From Trichinella spiralis (Eukaryota), in NCBI RefSeq assembly GCF_000181795.1, contig NW_003526945.1, positions 318,405-382,404 on the forward strand: a DNA stretch of 64,000 bases. The letters run 5' to 3'. A program made the position numbers and the translations under genes. The notes beneath the pieces are model-generated. The model was not told the DNA's origin. It worked only from the letters and a program-made list of their open reading frames with translations, and ran no database searches. This document shows positions 11,994-26,435 of the stretch, piece after piece. Positions within the stretch are counted from its first letter, which is position 1, and each line of letters begins with the position of its first letter.

Positions 11994-14900
11994 TCAATCA
12001 CTCTGATTGAATATTTCCATAGATGGAAAAAGAATTTTGAACAAATCTGAATAGTGGTCAACAAAATGGACCTCTAATCCATTCGCAATAAATTTCGGTA
12101 AATCGAAGAAATCGTTTCGATTCCCTTCGGGCAAAACAATGCCCGTCACTTCTGCTCTCCGTGCCTGTCAATTGAGATATTGCAAAAAGTAAAATAATAA
12201 AACTGTGAACAAAAAAGGTTTATTACTGCTATGACTTTTTCTTTGATTCCTCCAACAGGTAAAATTTTCCCAGTTAAACTAATTTCACCGGTCATTGCAA
12301 TGTTCTGACGGACGGATTTGCCCAATGCCAATGATATAATTGAACTAACCAGTGTACAGCCTGCGCTTGGTCCGTCCTTCGGTACGCCACCCTAAAAGAA
12401 GAAAAAATATATTCCTTTAATAAAAATAAGAATTACTATTACTAATTGTGAATAGAAAAGAAAACTCACCTGAGGCACGTGAATATGCAACTGAGCACTT
12501 TCCAAGAATCGATTGTCTGGAAAGTGTTTGCTAACAAATTGTTTGGCAAACGTGTGCGCTATCAGCACGCTTTCCTTCATCACATCCCCAAGGTGTCCGG
12601 TGATCACCATCGAACCTTCCTTGTCGGCACTTTCTCGACTTTTACGAGTCGTCGTCTCAATGAAAAACGTCGAACCTCCTAGAATATGGACTTCTCTTCG
12701 ACAAAAATAGCCCATTCATAAAATGAAACAAACCCATTCCAGTCCACGCCATTCCCATCACGACGCCCGGTGGCGTAAAATCATAAAGACGATCGTGAAT
12801 GAATATCGGCTTACCAACGTACTCGTGCAAATTTTCCGTTGTTATCACCAATCGCTCCGCTTGGCCAGATGTCAATTTATAAGCCCCTTTGCGTAATATC
12901 TAACAAAAATAAAAGCAACATCAAAAAGCGGATAATAATTGGCTCAATTTTTTGCAACAATAATAAACAGGTAATTTGAACCTTCTCAATTTGCTTCCTC
13001 AGATTTCGAACACCACTCTCACGACAGTACTGCTTGATTAACAATTCCAGAGAATTATTTTCAATCGAAATTATACCATCTTTAATTCCGCACTCGGCCA
13101 TCGTTTGTGGGATAAGATATTTCTAAAATTGAAGCATACATTCATCGGCGTCCATCTCTCTTCAATAAACTGCACATTCAACACGAAGATGCAATTTCAT
13201 TGCAGTAAAATAAATTACTCCTTCGCCGAGAGAAGTATACTTAATTAGAAAAACAATATCTTCTACAAAAAATAAATTGCAATCAAAAAAATTATACCTG
13301 AAATTCAAGAATACTGTACATGTCTATTTTAAGCAATTTTTAAATAACAGAATAAATATTCGTTTACTGCATACTGAAAACAGCGCTAGTAACAGTTCAA
13401 TTGGGCAAATGATTCATGATTCATACTTTAGCGATGTTGAGCTTTTCTTCGGCAACGTAACCGGACACTTCGATCATTTCCATCCGATCTCGCAAAGGCT
13501 CCGGAATGGTATTTATCACATTGGCGGTGCAAATGAACAGCACTTTGGACAGATCAACCGCTACATCCAGATAATGATCTAAGAAATTGCAATTCTGCTG
13601 CGGATCGAGCAGTTCAAGCAATGCTGATGTCGGATCACCGTGGTAACTGGCGTGACCAATTTTATCAATCTGCAATAAGCTGAACTTCACACATGAACAA
13701 CAACAACAACAACAATAACATTGCAGAAATTGACCTCGTCGATAAGAATGAGCGGATTTTCACTCATGACTTTTTTCAAACACTGAATTATTTTACCAGG
13801 CATCGATCCAACGTACGTTCGACTGGAGACGAAACACATGTATGTATGTATATTCACTTACTTATCATGTTTTAGGAAAAGAGAAACAAAACGTGTTTAC
13901 CGATGTCCCTTGATTTCGGCAACGTCCGTCATACCACCAACGCTGAATCGAAAATACTAAAAACTGGGATATTTCAATTTCGTTCATTGGTGAAGGATGA
14001 AAGTTTACTTCACGATTTAAAGCAGTGGCGATAGATCTCGCAATGCTCGTTTTACCCACACCTGGGGGACCATGGAGGCAGATAATTTTCCCCTGTACGC
14101 TGCCTTTCATCTTGCTGACAGCAATAAATTCCTAAAAATTTATAATTTGTTGGAATAAATAATCAAAAATAAAAAAAATTGGCAGTAATTACAAAAATTC
14201 TTTCTTTAACATCATCCATGCCATAGTGATCATTGTCAAGGACAGTTTTTGCCCGACTGAGATCAAAATTTTCTTCTGTTTGTCTTCCCCACGGCATTTT
14301 GGTCAACCAGTCGAGGTAATTTCGGCTTACACTAGAAAGCCAAGAGTCTGTTTCAATTCAAAGCAACATGAATAACACGCTGTCGTTCTGTATACTTGAA
14401 TTCACTGCTGTGCGGATCAAGAAAACTTAACTTCTGCAATTCTTCGTCAATCACTTCTTTAACATGAGCAGGAACATTCAATTCCTCAAAAGAGAGTAAG
14501 AGAAATCTCAATAAAGCATAAAACAAATATAACGAATAAAGCCAAACCTTCAATCGTTCTTGAAATTTTTCCACTAGCGCATCTTTGTCTTCCTTTTCAA
14601 CGCCAAGTTCTTTTTTGATTGCTTTCAACTGTTCATACAAGAGATGCTTTTTATGTTGCTGTTTCACTTTATCTTCTACCTGAAAATCAATTCTGCATTC
14701 TACAAAAACAACAGCAACAACAAATCCACATACCATCTTGCCTATTTTAGCCTGCAATTTGCTAATTTCAAGTTCTTTTTTCAACAAACCCAATACCATC
14801 ATCAGCCGACTTTTTATCTACAATCAAAATTCAATATGCCTTAAAATTTTCACTTTATCAATTTACATCTAATTCACTTCTTTGCAATTTTACAAATCAC

Positions 14901-16724
14901 TGACATAAAAGTAATGAATAATCAATCAATCAATCAATCAATTACGCACATTCATTTCTTCAAGAACATTCTGCATCTCTTCAGCTTTCGCACTAGTGAG
15001 CATGCAACCTAAATTAATTTTCACCATCGCAATGCTGATAAGGCAAGAAAATTATTTTCTCTTAAAAAGTATCTTATCTAGTAAAGAGTTCTCTATTTAT
15101 AATGTATTCTTATAGAGAATAAAATAAATAAGCACAACAATTTATCGAACGTCACGATGAATTGAACATTTGAATAAATTCAGAATCGTCTCAAGCATTT
15201 GTTGAAATATTAATTCTATTTCAGAAAAATGAAAAACAATTTCAATTATTAACATCCATTTCGACAAATTTGCAAAATAATAAATTGCACTTGAATTTCC
15301 CTACTGTAAACACACAAAACTTTACAAAAAAGTTTTTTCGAAATTATTACTTCACCACCACAATAACATTAAACAATTTTAACTTTAAAATATAATTAAC
15401 GTAAGAAAAAAAAAGAAATTTCAACAATAATTGTATATAATAATAGCACATACCCAAATCACTCAAAAACACCGGATTGTCAACTACACGTTGCGTTGTG
15501 GGCAAATTTTGCATAATTGTTTCTCTGAAAATAAATTGAAACAAACTGATAATAAGAATAATAATAAATAACAGTTGCAATCTAAAAACAAAGTTCACCG
15601 AATGAGAGGATTGATAGCTGCTATATCGCGGACAGTTTTTAAAATTTCTTGAGTCATTGCCTGAAAAGAAAATAATATCACTTGGCACAGACTCATTTCC
15701 ATCACTTCATATCCGATGCTCACTTTCAATTCTTCAGTGTATTCGTATTTCAATTCTGGAAGGTTTTCCGTTTCCACAAGCAAAATTGGCTTCTTATCAT
15801 TTTTTGAATCATCCGTTTCGAATTTTGCAACATCCGGCTCGCCAAGTATGGAATCGTGCTCTTCTGAAAGCGAAACGCTTTGTCAAATGAACATAACAAA
15901 GAGCATAATTGAAAAATAATTGCCCTTGTCTGCTTTTTTCGAATCGTCTTCGACTGCTCGAACAATTTTTATACGCCTGTGTCCTTCCAATACCATTCCC
16001 AATCGATCGCCGAAATCTTGCATTTCACGAATCTGCACGAAAGTTCCAACGTTGTAAATTTCATTCAACGATTCAATAACTTCCTTTTCGTTGCTGAATA
16101 CAAAAGCGAGAATTATTTCCAACTGAAAATACAAAAGACAAATTGAACAACAACTTTTCATCCTTTTTCAAAAACACTCCAGCATACGGTTGGCCAAGTT
16201 TCACTTTTCGCCGTATCAAATGAATAAGCGACGGATTGATGATGTGCTTAAATTATTTATCATTGCTCAGTTAGGAGGCTGGCAAAAATTGGTTCCACGG
16301 CAAAACTCACCATAATTGTCAACGTGGTCTTTGGAAATACCGGTCGACGGCCGACAAGCAGCAACGGAACCACCGGGAAAACATTGGGAACCACAACAGG
16401 CGCCAGCGCGGCTGCCGGATCATCATGCTCGTTTTTCGCCGCCTGTGAAGAAGCTTCACCACCAAGTGTAGAATAATTGCTGCCGTTTTCTCCGCTTCCG
16501 GAAAACGATGCACAACAAGCTTTGCCCCAAAAGTGGCTGTCGAAGCTAATGCACCAATTATTGCGAAAACTGCCGAAATCAGTATTCCACAGTTTGCGAT
16601 TGCTCGAACAATGCAAAACCGCACAAACCGTTGCAAATTTTCGCGCCTGTCCCAGCAGTTCTGCTTTACCGACAACAAACTCCGGTGCTGCTATTAGTAC
16701 CCCACGCAGCAGTCGCCAAGCCAT
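11994..16724 (-). CDS. LONP1: Mitochondrial ATP-dependent Lon protease (multi-exon)
   Basis: Start MAWRLLRG (Arg-rich, presequence-like) at 16724. N-domain '[14 protein letters not shown]', Walker A GPPGVGKT, '[16 protein letters not shown]', 'EPLRDRME', '[10 protein letters not shown]', catalytic Ser in PKDGPSAG (~12360-12390) and catalytic Lys in GGIKEK. The last exon [15 protein letters not shown]...FNQSD ends at TGA 11996-11994. Confidence 0.96.
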
Positions 16725-17403
16725 GATAAATTGTAGACTTGTTGAAGATATCAATAATTGAACAATGAAAATGAACAACAGCTTCGTGTTATTCAGCGTA
16801 AATCCACTGCACTCATCGCTGTCATGACAAATTTAAAATCAAGACAGTTCTACAGTATACTGAAAAATTATTATACTCATTAAAATTCTTTTTCACTACT
16901 GTAGTAAACATTTTAAATATGAAAATAACATTCAGTATGCTCAATTAATATTGTCGAATATATTAAATGCATACAAAACACATATTACAAGCGTTCGACA
17001 AATCTTCGATAAGTTATTAGTAAAGTTTATATAACGGCTATCTTACTTTAATCAATCAAATTACATTGCATCGATATTATAATTGAAACAAAGCGTTTTT
17101 ACATTATGTTAGTCACAGAAAATTAATCTATTCGCTTCTCTTTGGCTGTTATTTTTTGCCAAATTTCTGAAATTGAAACTTCTTGAATTAACGTGACAAG
17201 AATTTTCAAACACGCTTAAAACTTTACCATGTACATGCACTGCAAGTCAATGTTTACGTAACCTGCGTCTGTATGTGTAGAATAAATGTGCCACGAATAG
17301 CAAATATTTTTTCAACGTGATATTTTTTTGTTTAGTGTTACAAACTTTTATGTTAGGGATACTGTATTTAACGGATGATGAAGTTCAACTAAAGCAATTG
17401 CAC

Positions 17404-17417
17404 GTTTCCATAGCAAC
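17404..17417 (+). promoter_or_regulatory. X-box (RFX/DAF-19 binding site) in the IFT140 promoter
   Basis: GTTTCCATAGCAAC matches the X-box consensus GTHNYY-AT-RRNAAC exactly and ends 38 nt before the ATG of a core ciliary IFT-A gene. Confidence 0.88.
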
Positions 17418-17455
17418 GAACATACCGTTTGTTTTGAATATTTATTTAACAATAA

Positions 17456-19921
17456 ATGGCACTATTTAATAATAAAGAACTATTGTTAGATGAAAGAAAT
17501 GAACACAGCCAAGTTGTGTGCTTTGACATGCATCCTATTTACAACACTGTGGCTGTCTCGCTGCAACACTCTTCACTTGCAGAAATTCAGATATTCAATT
17601 TCGAAGTAAAGCATCAATTTTGAATTATAATTATCACCTTTTATTGTATGTTTTCAGTGCCTGTATGACTTTATTCTCGGAAATTATAAAACTGTTGTTG
17701 CGTTAATATGTATTTCATTTTAAGTGAATTGATTTCAGGGATCTCGATTAGATAATGGTGAGCTTAAATTATTTTCCGAATCTTTTTCCATATTGCAGTG
17801 GCATCCAACCGCAACGCTGCTTGCATTTTGCGAAACGAAACGAACATTCGGGATTTTCAACATTAAGACGAAAGGTATAAAGTTTACCATTCAATTTTGT
17901 TTGGTTTCGTAGCTAATGCAAATGCAGTATATTTGTAGAAATTTTTAATGTTTCTTCCAATACTGATGCTCAAACAAATATTATTCAGTGGAATGAATCC
18001 GGAAATATTCTGTTCTTCTCCACTTTGGTGAAAAATTATACACAATTTATAGTTTTATAACTGTTATATTTTTCAGAGTGGGGACTGTTTTATCTACAAA
18101 ATTAGCGATACCGGTAAATTTCACACACTCATTACTGTAGTTCGTCTCGAAGATGTCTCTCAGTGCACTGTTTCAGTGGAACAATTTTTTTCAAAGTAAT
18201 TTTTTTCAAATTCATTAATCAATTATATAAATAATATTATTTTTTACTTTTTGTTACGAAAGTAGAAATGATGATGATATCAGTGACAAGTGCCTTTTCT
18301 ATGTCGGCGGTTCTACAGGTTTTTTTGTGCCTGTATATTTGTTGTTTTACTAATATTTTTCAATATGTTTAGGAATTATTTACGCTTTGTTTGACCATAA
18401 CAATTTTGAAAACTGCTATGCGTTAAAAAATTCTGTCGGCAGACTACTCCTCAGTCAGGATGGACGCACTTTAATTGCCGTTACAGAAGACCTATTTTTG
18501 ACACAGTTCACAATTGATGCTTATTGTAAATTAACAAAAACTACTGAAGTATTTCTTTTTCGAATTTCACAAATATACTTATTAACACTTATTGATTATT
18601 TTGCATCGCTTGTTTCTCAGGTGAAGCTCAGTTTCAGAAGCAAATGTCTTGAAGTAACCTGGGCAGGACAAAACTTGTTAGCATTCTGTTCAGGCGAAAA
18701 TGTAGTAAGGTGATCGAAAAGTTCTTATTAAAAAAAATATTTTTGTAGTTATTAATTTTTCAACAGATTTTGGAATGTTGCTTTGGAAACAAATTCAACA
18801 TTATCCATTTCGGATTGTCCGGAACTGTACGGAGATGATAAAATTTACAAAATTGCGTATTCATCATTTAAAGGTGAGAATTGAAATATTTAAACAGTTC
18901 TCAGCTGGTAATAATTAACTTTCAGAAACACTGGCTGTTGGTACCTCAAGTGGAAAAATTATTCTTTGGCGACAAAAGCAACAGGCATCTTCAAAAGATG
19001 AAAGTCACAGGTGGTACATGATAGCTGTTCTGAAGTATCTAACAATGCCATCAAAAATTCAAGTATAAAATTAAAAAAACATATTCTTCAAAACTCGAAA
19101 GTTTCACAGTAATATATTGCAGTTATCAAAAAGTCATTCGACGTTTGCCACCAGTTCGAACTACTCAGTATGCATTTACAGTGAACAACCTGTACTATTT
19201 TGTTCTACGGAAGAAGTTAATCTAAATATAATCGAAACAAATTTAACTGAATGAATTTGAATAAAATACTCATTTAGATAATTGTTGTCCAAAATATGAA
19301 GAAATCTGTATCTGTTTACAGTATATCAAACGGAACGTCCAGTCAAGTCACGTTGGATAGAGCAATTACAGCAATGTGCATCGATGGTAATCACGCAGTT
19401 CTGTCTGATGGTTTTGTGGTGGAAATTTATAAGTTGACCGAATCAAAAACTTTGGAAAAAATTGGTAATCAATCAATCGAATTAAATCATATGTCATTTG
19501 AATTTGTAAATGAATTACTTCTGCAATACAGGAGGATTCAAAATGTCTTCCACGGCCGTGGCTATTCAGGGTACAAATATTTTCTTTACCGACAGTAATA
19601 GAATTCAAGTTAGAACTCTTCAGGTAATATCAAGTTATTTTCATTTTCTTACGGTAGCATAATTTTTGTTAAAATTAAAAGCAAGTGCATTGAAAAAAAC
19701 ATATTTTCTTGTCAACCAATTTTAATTGTTCTCAGTAATTGATTAAGTGGAATAATCAATCAGCCGCTATGCTTATGTGTATATATTCTCCTACACAGAT
19801 TGATAAATAAATGATGAAATTGATCTCACTAATGTTTACAGATAACTTATCATTGAATTTTCATTGTGTGATCAATTGCAGTGTTATAACTGTTTCCAAA
19901 TACATACATGCATACATACAT

Positions 19922-19968
<47 letters not shown>

Positions 19969-22900
19969 ATGAGCTAAAAAAAATTTTTTATAGATAAATT
20001 TCAACATTTCACATAAAAATAAAACTAATATAAACAGATTAAACTTTTCACGAATAAACAAACTACTTACAGCTTGATACTGTTGTCAATTTCAGGGTGT
20101 GATTAAGCAGTTTGTTCCTTTGCCGGACAGTGAAGGTGATGCCATACGTTTTGCCATTGGCGGCCAACGAGTGTGCGTAGCTACGAAAAGTGGATCGTTG
20201 AGAATTTATGACAATCGGAAGAAGTGAATATTCTGTTTTTCTTGCTATTCACGCATTGCCCATTAAATGAAAATTTTCAGCGAACTTAAAATGGAATATA
20301 AACAGAATTTTGTTGCAATGCTGTGTGAAACTTTCGAAAGCATCAAAACCACAAGCATCAACTGCGCAGGATGCTGCTGCAGTTTCACAATTTCGAAAGT
20401 AGAGAAGAATTTGATTTTACAGTTTATGTTCATCTTTATTTTTCCCTGCGAAATTTGTTCAGACTGACAAAAGCTTGGATGCTTCAATTTACGTTTGGGA
20501 TGCTTTGTCGGACAAAGTACATTTTTTTGATTTCCAAACCTGCACCTCTGGTAAACTACGACCAAAACAAAAGAAGCGCTACACAAATCACAGGTCGGTG
20601 GTATTCAGATTAGTATTAAAATTTTATTATTTTGTTTAAATTTTCAAAAAAAAAAATAAATATTCATTTAGAAAACAATTCCCCCAAAACTTTTGCAGCG
20701 GTTATCCAGTTGAACATCTTTGGGATGGTATTGATTGTAGAATGTTACTCTGTCAAATTGTTGCATCATCAATTCCATCCGACAACAGTGCCATTTCTTC
20801 ACCTTGTGAAGTTGGTTTTTTCATTTTTTCACCATTTAAATTCAAGCGAATAATTTACACGAATGTTTGTTTGTTTGTTTGTTTGTAACGTTAAAATGTT
20901 TCAGAATTGCTCACTGATAGCAATCTTTTTTGTCCACTCTGAATTGGATATGCTTTTGCAACGGATAATTTTATTAAGCTCAGAATTCGACACGCTAATT
21001 GCCTCAAGAATGCCTTATTATTTTTTCGCCACTAAAGTAATTTCTCATTTATGAAAAGAAACCACAGATTTACACATATGATGATGAATCTTCAGGAATG
21101 CAATGCATTAGAGGATGGTAATAGTGCGCTTTGCGTGGATGATGATGCAAAAAAAGTGGACGAGTTGCTCATTCGATTAACTCAGAGAGAATTTATTGGA
21201 CTGGAAAACTGCGACAGTGAAAGTAAAGCTGCTATTTTGGATTTTTCCATGCACTTAGCGGCCGAAAATACTGAAGAAGCACTGAAAGCTATACGATCAA
21301 TCAAGACGTAAGTTCAATTCAAAATTGTAATAAATAATACGAATGAATTTTTGTTTTAAATAAAATAACAACATTGATGATTTCTTTTTCAGAACAACAG
21401 TTTGGAAAAATGTAGCAAAGATGTGCGTCAGATGCAGACGCTTAGATGTTGCCATGTTTTGCTTGAAAAAAATAGGCAATGCGAGAATAATTCGCAACAT
21501 ACGCCATGCCCGTCAGTCAATCACACAAACAGAAGCGCTGTTAGGCATTTTGGCCATACACTTAGGACTTACTGTATGCGTGTAGCCGTTTTGCTTCATT
21601 TTTTTGTCGTGTAATGATTTTTAAAAAGGAACAAAATTTTCTACGTTCAGAATTTGGCAGTTGAATTTTTCCACAATTCAGGTCGTTATGATCTTTTGAA
21701 TCAACTCTATCAAGATCTTGGAAACTGGGAAGAGGTAGCACAAAGTTTGAACGTGCAAATTTGTTAATTTCTTTTCTTACTGTTGCAATTTTAGGCTATC
21801 AAAGTTGCGCAGAATAATGATCAAATTCATTTGAAAAACACACACTACAGATATGGGAAATATCTACAAGAAACAGGGAAATTACACGAAGCAATTGAAT
21901 AGTAAATAAACTTATATTTACAAAAAAATTTTTTATTATTAAAAATGTTTTTTCTACAGTTTTGAAAAAGCCTCTGTCGAAGCTATTGAAATTCCCCGCC
22001 TAATAACAGAAAGCGTTGCACAATTGGAAGCTTACGTTCAGCAAAAGCAAACAAAGTAGGTTTTCTCACTAATTTTTCCTTGAGCTTGCCGTCAGTTGGC
22101 AATTATTGAGCAACATTAAACTGCTCGTTCAGAAATGGATTAAATCAAGTAGAAAAAATGAAAAATTATTTAAATATAAAATGTCTTTTTCTTGCAGATG
22201 TACGTTGGATTGGTGGGCACAGTTTTTAGAAAGCCGAGGCCAACTGGACGAAGCAATGAAAGCTTACACTAAAGCAAATGATATTTGTTCCGTTATTCGC
22301 ATTCTTTGCCATCAAGGCAACGCGAAAGAGGTTTCGATGAATTGCTTCTGTTTTCTCGTCTTTTTTATTATAATGAACTTGAATAAAAATATTTCAGGCA
22401 GTCAATTTAGCCGAAACAACCAATGACAGATCTGCGTATTATCAATTAGCTCGTCATTTTGAATCAACAAATGCTAAAGATCAAGCATTGCAATTTTTCA
22501 TCTCTGCCGAGGCGTACAGTAGTGCAATTCGCCTTTGTAAAGTGAGAATTTCAGTTTTGATTTGATTTTCAAATTACACCTAGCAAATATATTAAAATTC
22601 AGGAATGCGGTTACGAAACAAAAATGGCCGAATTAGCACTGAAAGGTTCCAAGTCTACAATGGAAGATGTTGCACATTATTTTGAATGTCAGTCTGGAAA
22701 AGCCGACGTTGCTGTGATGCTTTATTGTCGAGTGTGTGGTGCAATATTGTTTGTTCATTTCAAACGTCAATTTCAATATTCATTAAAGAGTGGAAAAATT
22801 AACAAGCAAATGTTGAATTTTCTTTCTTCCTCTTTTTACAGGCTGGTATTTATAAAAAAGCGTTGGATTTGGCATTTCGCACTGAACAACTTTCGGCGTT

Positions 22901-24387
22901 GAATTTGATTACTGCCGGCTTGGAGGGTAGCCAAGATTTGGCAATGATCGAAAAATGCGCTCAATTGTTGATAAAAAATCAACAATACACCAAAGCGGTG
23001 GAACTGTTGGCGCATGCAAATCAAGTAAAAATATTGTCTTTTAAGTGTCAAATTAAAATTGCAATACTGGATATTACAGTACGAAAAGGCAATTCAAATT
23101 TGCATGGAAAACCACGCTACTCTAACGGACAGTTTGGTGAATTTGCTCACCCCCAAAGAAGGTAAATTAATGAAATGTAAAATGTAATAAATAAATTAAT
23201 TTAAAAGAGAAAAAACAATTTATTCTCTGGTCTTTAATGCTGATATGGTTTTTAAAACCACGAAATTTTTAATTTTAATTTTCAAAGAAAATGTAAAAAG
23301 CAACTCGGAAAGAAAAAAACTTTTGGAACAATTGGCTGATTGTTGCGTTCGACAAGGATTGTACAATAGTGCGGCAAAAAAGTTCATTCAGTCCGGTTGT
23401 AAAATTAAAGTATGCAAATTGGAAATTTGTGCCAATATACATGCTCAGAATACAAGAAGTGAAATCATTTCAGGCTATGAAAGCGTTGATTAAAAGTGGT
23501 GATGTGGAAAAAGTGATATTCTTTGCAAACACGGCTAGAAACAAAGAATTGTACATCATTGCAGGAAATTATTTGCAATCACTGAATTGGAAGCAGAATG
23601 GAAAAGTTGTCGAACAGATTGTCCAATTTTATAAAAAAGCCCAAGCTCATCAACAGTTGATCAGTTTTTATTACATTTGGGCGCAGGTTGGCTATGTTTG
23701 AAATTATTTTATTGTCAACTGATTGACATTGACTAATATTACCATTATTCACGCATAAATATGCTTTAGACAGAAATTCAAGAAAATGGCAATTACGAAA
23801 AAGCGGTTGAAATATTACGCGAGTGTTTGGAAAATTTTCGTCAACAAGTACCAAATGAACGTGACAAGGAAGAGAAATTAATTTCATCAATCCAAAGTCA
23901 ACTTGAATCGATCGAACAATTTTTACACTTGAAAAAGTAAGTACGTTGCAATTTTGATAATTTTCCAAATTAAAAATTTCTTTTCAGACTTTACAAAGTG
24001 AATCAAACGGAAGCGATTCAATTTTTGGAAGAAATGTTAAGAAGTGAAAAGAAACTAATTATCCGTTTAGGAGATATTTATTCACTGATCATCGGCTATT
24101 ATTTGCGACAAGATTCTGTGGAAGAGGTAACCAAAATGGAAGAGTGAACGAAAAAATATGAGAAACTTACCTCACTTATTCAATTTTGCATTGATTTGTT
24201 TCAGGTTGAGCATCACTTGCACCAGTGGTTGACAAGAGAACCTAAAGAACAGCTGGATCGTTATTTGGAGCCAAAATTGTACGACAAACTTCTTCAAATG
24301 GAACAACAATACCATACTGTATTGGAAAACGATGCTCAAGTGCAACAAGTGAGCGAAGATTTCATTTCAGAAATATCCAATAAATGA
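17456..24387 (+). CDS. IFT140: Intraflagellar transport protein 140 (IFT-A subunit; WD40 N-terminus, TPR-like C-terminus; many short exons)
   Basis: N-terminus MALFNNKE...DMHPIYNTVAVS resembles IFT140. Later exons carry recognisable IFT140/CHE-11 motifs: 'REFIGLENCD', 'AILDFSMHL...EALKAIRSIK', 'VWKNVAKMCVRCRRLDVA', 'WWAQFLESRG', 'ALDLAFRTEQ', 'AMKALIKSGDVEKVIFFANTARNKELYIIAGNYLQSLNW'. Stop TGA at 24385-24387. Confidence 0.93.
19922..19965. repeat. (AC)n(AT)n compound microsatellite in an IFT140 intron
   Basis: Read directly from the sequence. Confidence 0.95.
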
Positions 24388-26435
24388 ACAATATTTATTA
24401 TCTTGTTTTATTCGAATAATTGTTGCACCACTGATAAAAAAGCATTTACTGTTTTGTTTTTGGTTTTTTTTGGAGTCAGTTGATTATTCAGCAAATTGAC
24501 AAATGAAGGTTAAATTGTCGATTGAATGATTGTTGAATAATTTTTGAATGCTAAACCAATTTCACTCGAACCTGTTCTTTGCTAATGCGTGATTACAATA
24601 GTGGGTGACATAGTTAGAAAGGATTGAAAAGAAAAAGTTTGTTTTCAACTTCACTTTCAACTTGAAGAAGCCGTTGTTGACTTTTTCACTCGGCAAGCTG
24701 GCCAGTGATGCAATGGAAATTTTTGTGCTATTCAAATATTCAATTTACTCTTCGCATCATTCATTCATTGTTGAAGTGTACTTTTTTTCAATTTTACACT
24801 ACGCATATGTGTATGTGTGTGTGTTCTTTTTTTGTTTCACAATTCTTTGTCGACGTGGTGGTTGTGGTGGAAATTGAAATGCGGAATTTTTGAAAAAGCA
24901 AAAAGTTTTCAACAAAAGCACACAAACATTACCATTGCTGAAAGTAGCACGTTTGCTTAGCAATTTGAAAAGAATAAAAACTGGTAGTTGCTCAATTGTT
25001 GAATTATATCAACAAATTTTGGGGGTTTTTGAACAAAATTTAACCATCGGATTTACAATCCAACGTCATCAAACATTATCAAATCGGCCACCACTTGAAA
25101 TCACTTTTTCTCCTCCCCCTTTCCCTCCCCGAATTGAACGTCTGAAGCGAAATTTCAGCTAAACGCAATTCCAAAGATTATTTATTGAAGAGCAAAAATT
25201 AAACATTCAATACAAGCAACATCTATTTATTATGATTATTGTTGTTGTTGTTATTGAACATTCTAAGATGAATGAATATGTTGCTGCTTTGTCAAGAGAG
25301 AAATACAGCGAAATAAAGGCATAAATAATAAAGTGAAAAGGATAAAAATGAAATTGAAATCACATATTTCCAGTTGTACAGATCATAATATCAAAATTGT
25401 TATTCTACGTTCTAGAAGATTGTGAGTGAAAGTAAATTTTGGGGTAAAAAACATTCAGAAGCGGTGGTCTGATTAGAAAATCTCACGGATGTCATCAACA
25501 ACCGGACGAATATGAAATTCAAACAAATAAATAACGAAAAATACAGAAATTGAAGGTGCCAAAAATGAAAAGAAAAGAAAAAAACGAATCAACATGGGAC
25601 ATCGGTATTGCCGGCAGAAGTGCAGAGAGAGGGAGAGAGAGGTATGTGAAAACAAAAATATATCTTCTTCGGACAATCATTTTTCAATATGCACCTTTTT
25701 GAAGTGACTGAGAAAAAAAATTTGTTCATTTTTTTGCTCACTCGGCACAAAATTGCCCGTAAAATCGATTCATTTTTTCACCGCTTCGTGTAAAATAATA
25801 AAATATTATATAAAACGACAGAAAAAGAACGACGACGACAGCAGCAGCGTGTTATGAATATGCAAATATCAAAAGAACACAACTGCAGCTCAACAAGTGT
25901 CGAAATATGAATAGTGAATGAAGTAAAATCAAGAAAATACAAACACACAGACACAGAAACACACACACACACAAATGCATACACAAATAATAAACAAATA
26001 GTGCACACGCGCTCGCACACACTATTCTGCACCTCTGCATATATATTTAAATAAAAAAATAAATAAGTAAATAAATAATATTAAAAATGCAGCAAACAGC
26101 TTCGCGTTTGCTAAATATGAAAAGAAAAAGCAGAGCGAAAAATAGCAGTGCGCATTATGCGCGTGGGCAAAGCAATTCCGGATGATCGGTCAGTGTTGAT
26201 TAAGGGGAAAATTTGAATATGAACAAGAGAGAAATAAATGAATGTGGGTTGAAGAAACGAGTGAAAATAAATTTTCGCACATTGTGAAAAAAATGCACAG
26301 AGATACAGTTAGAATGCTTGGGTGTATATTGTCAAAATTGTCACAAACTTCTTAACATGAAAATGAATGTTTTTCTGACAGTGTTTTCTTGTTATTCTTA
26401 TTTCTTCGTATCTTTCTTTGCAAAGAGAGCAAATT

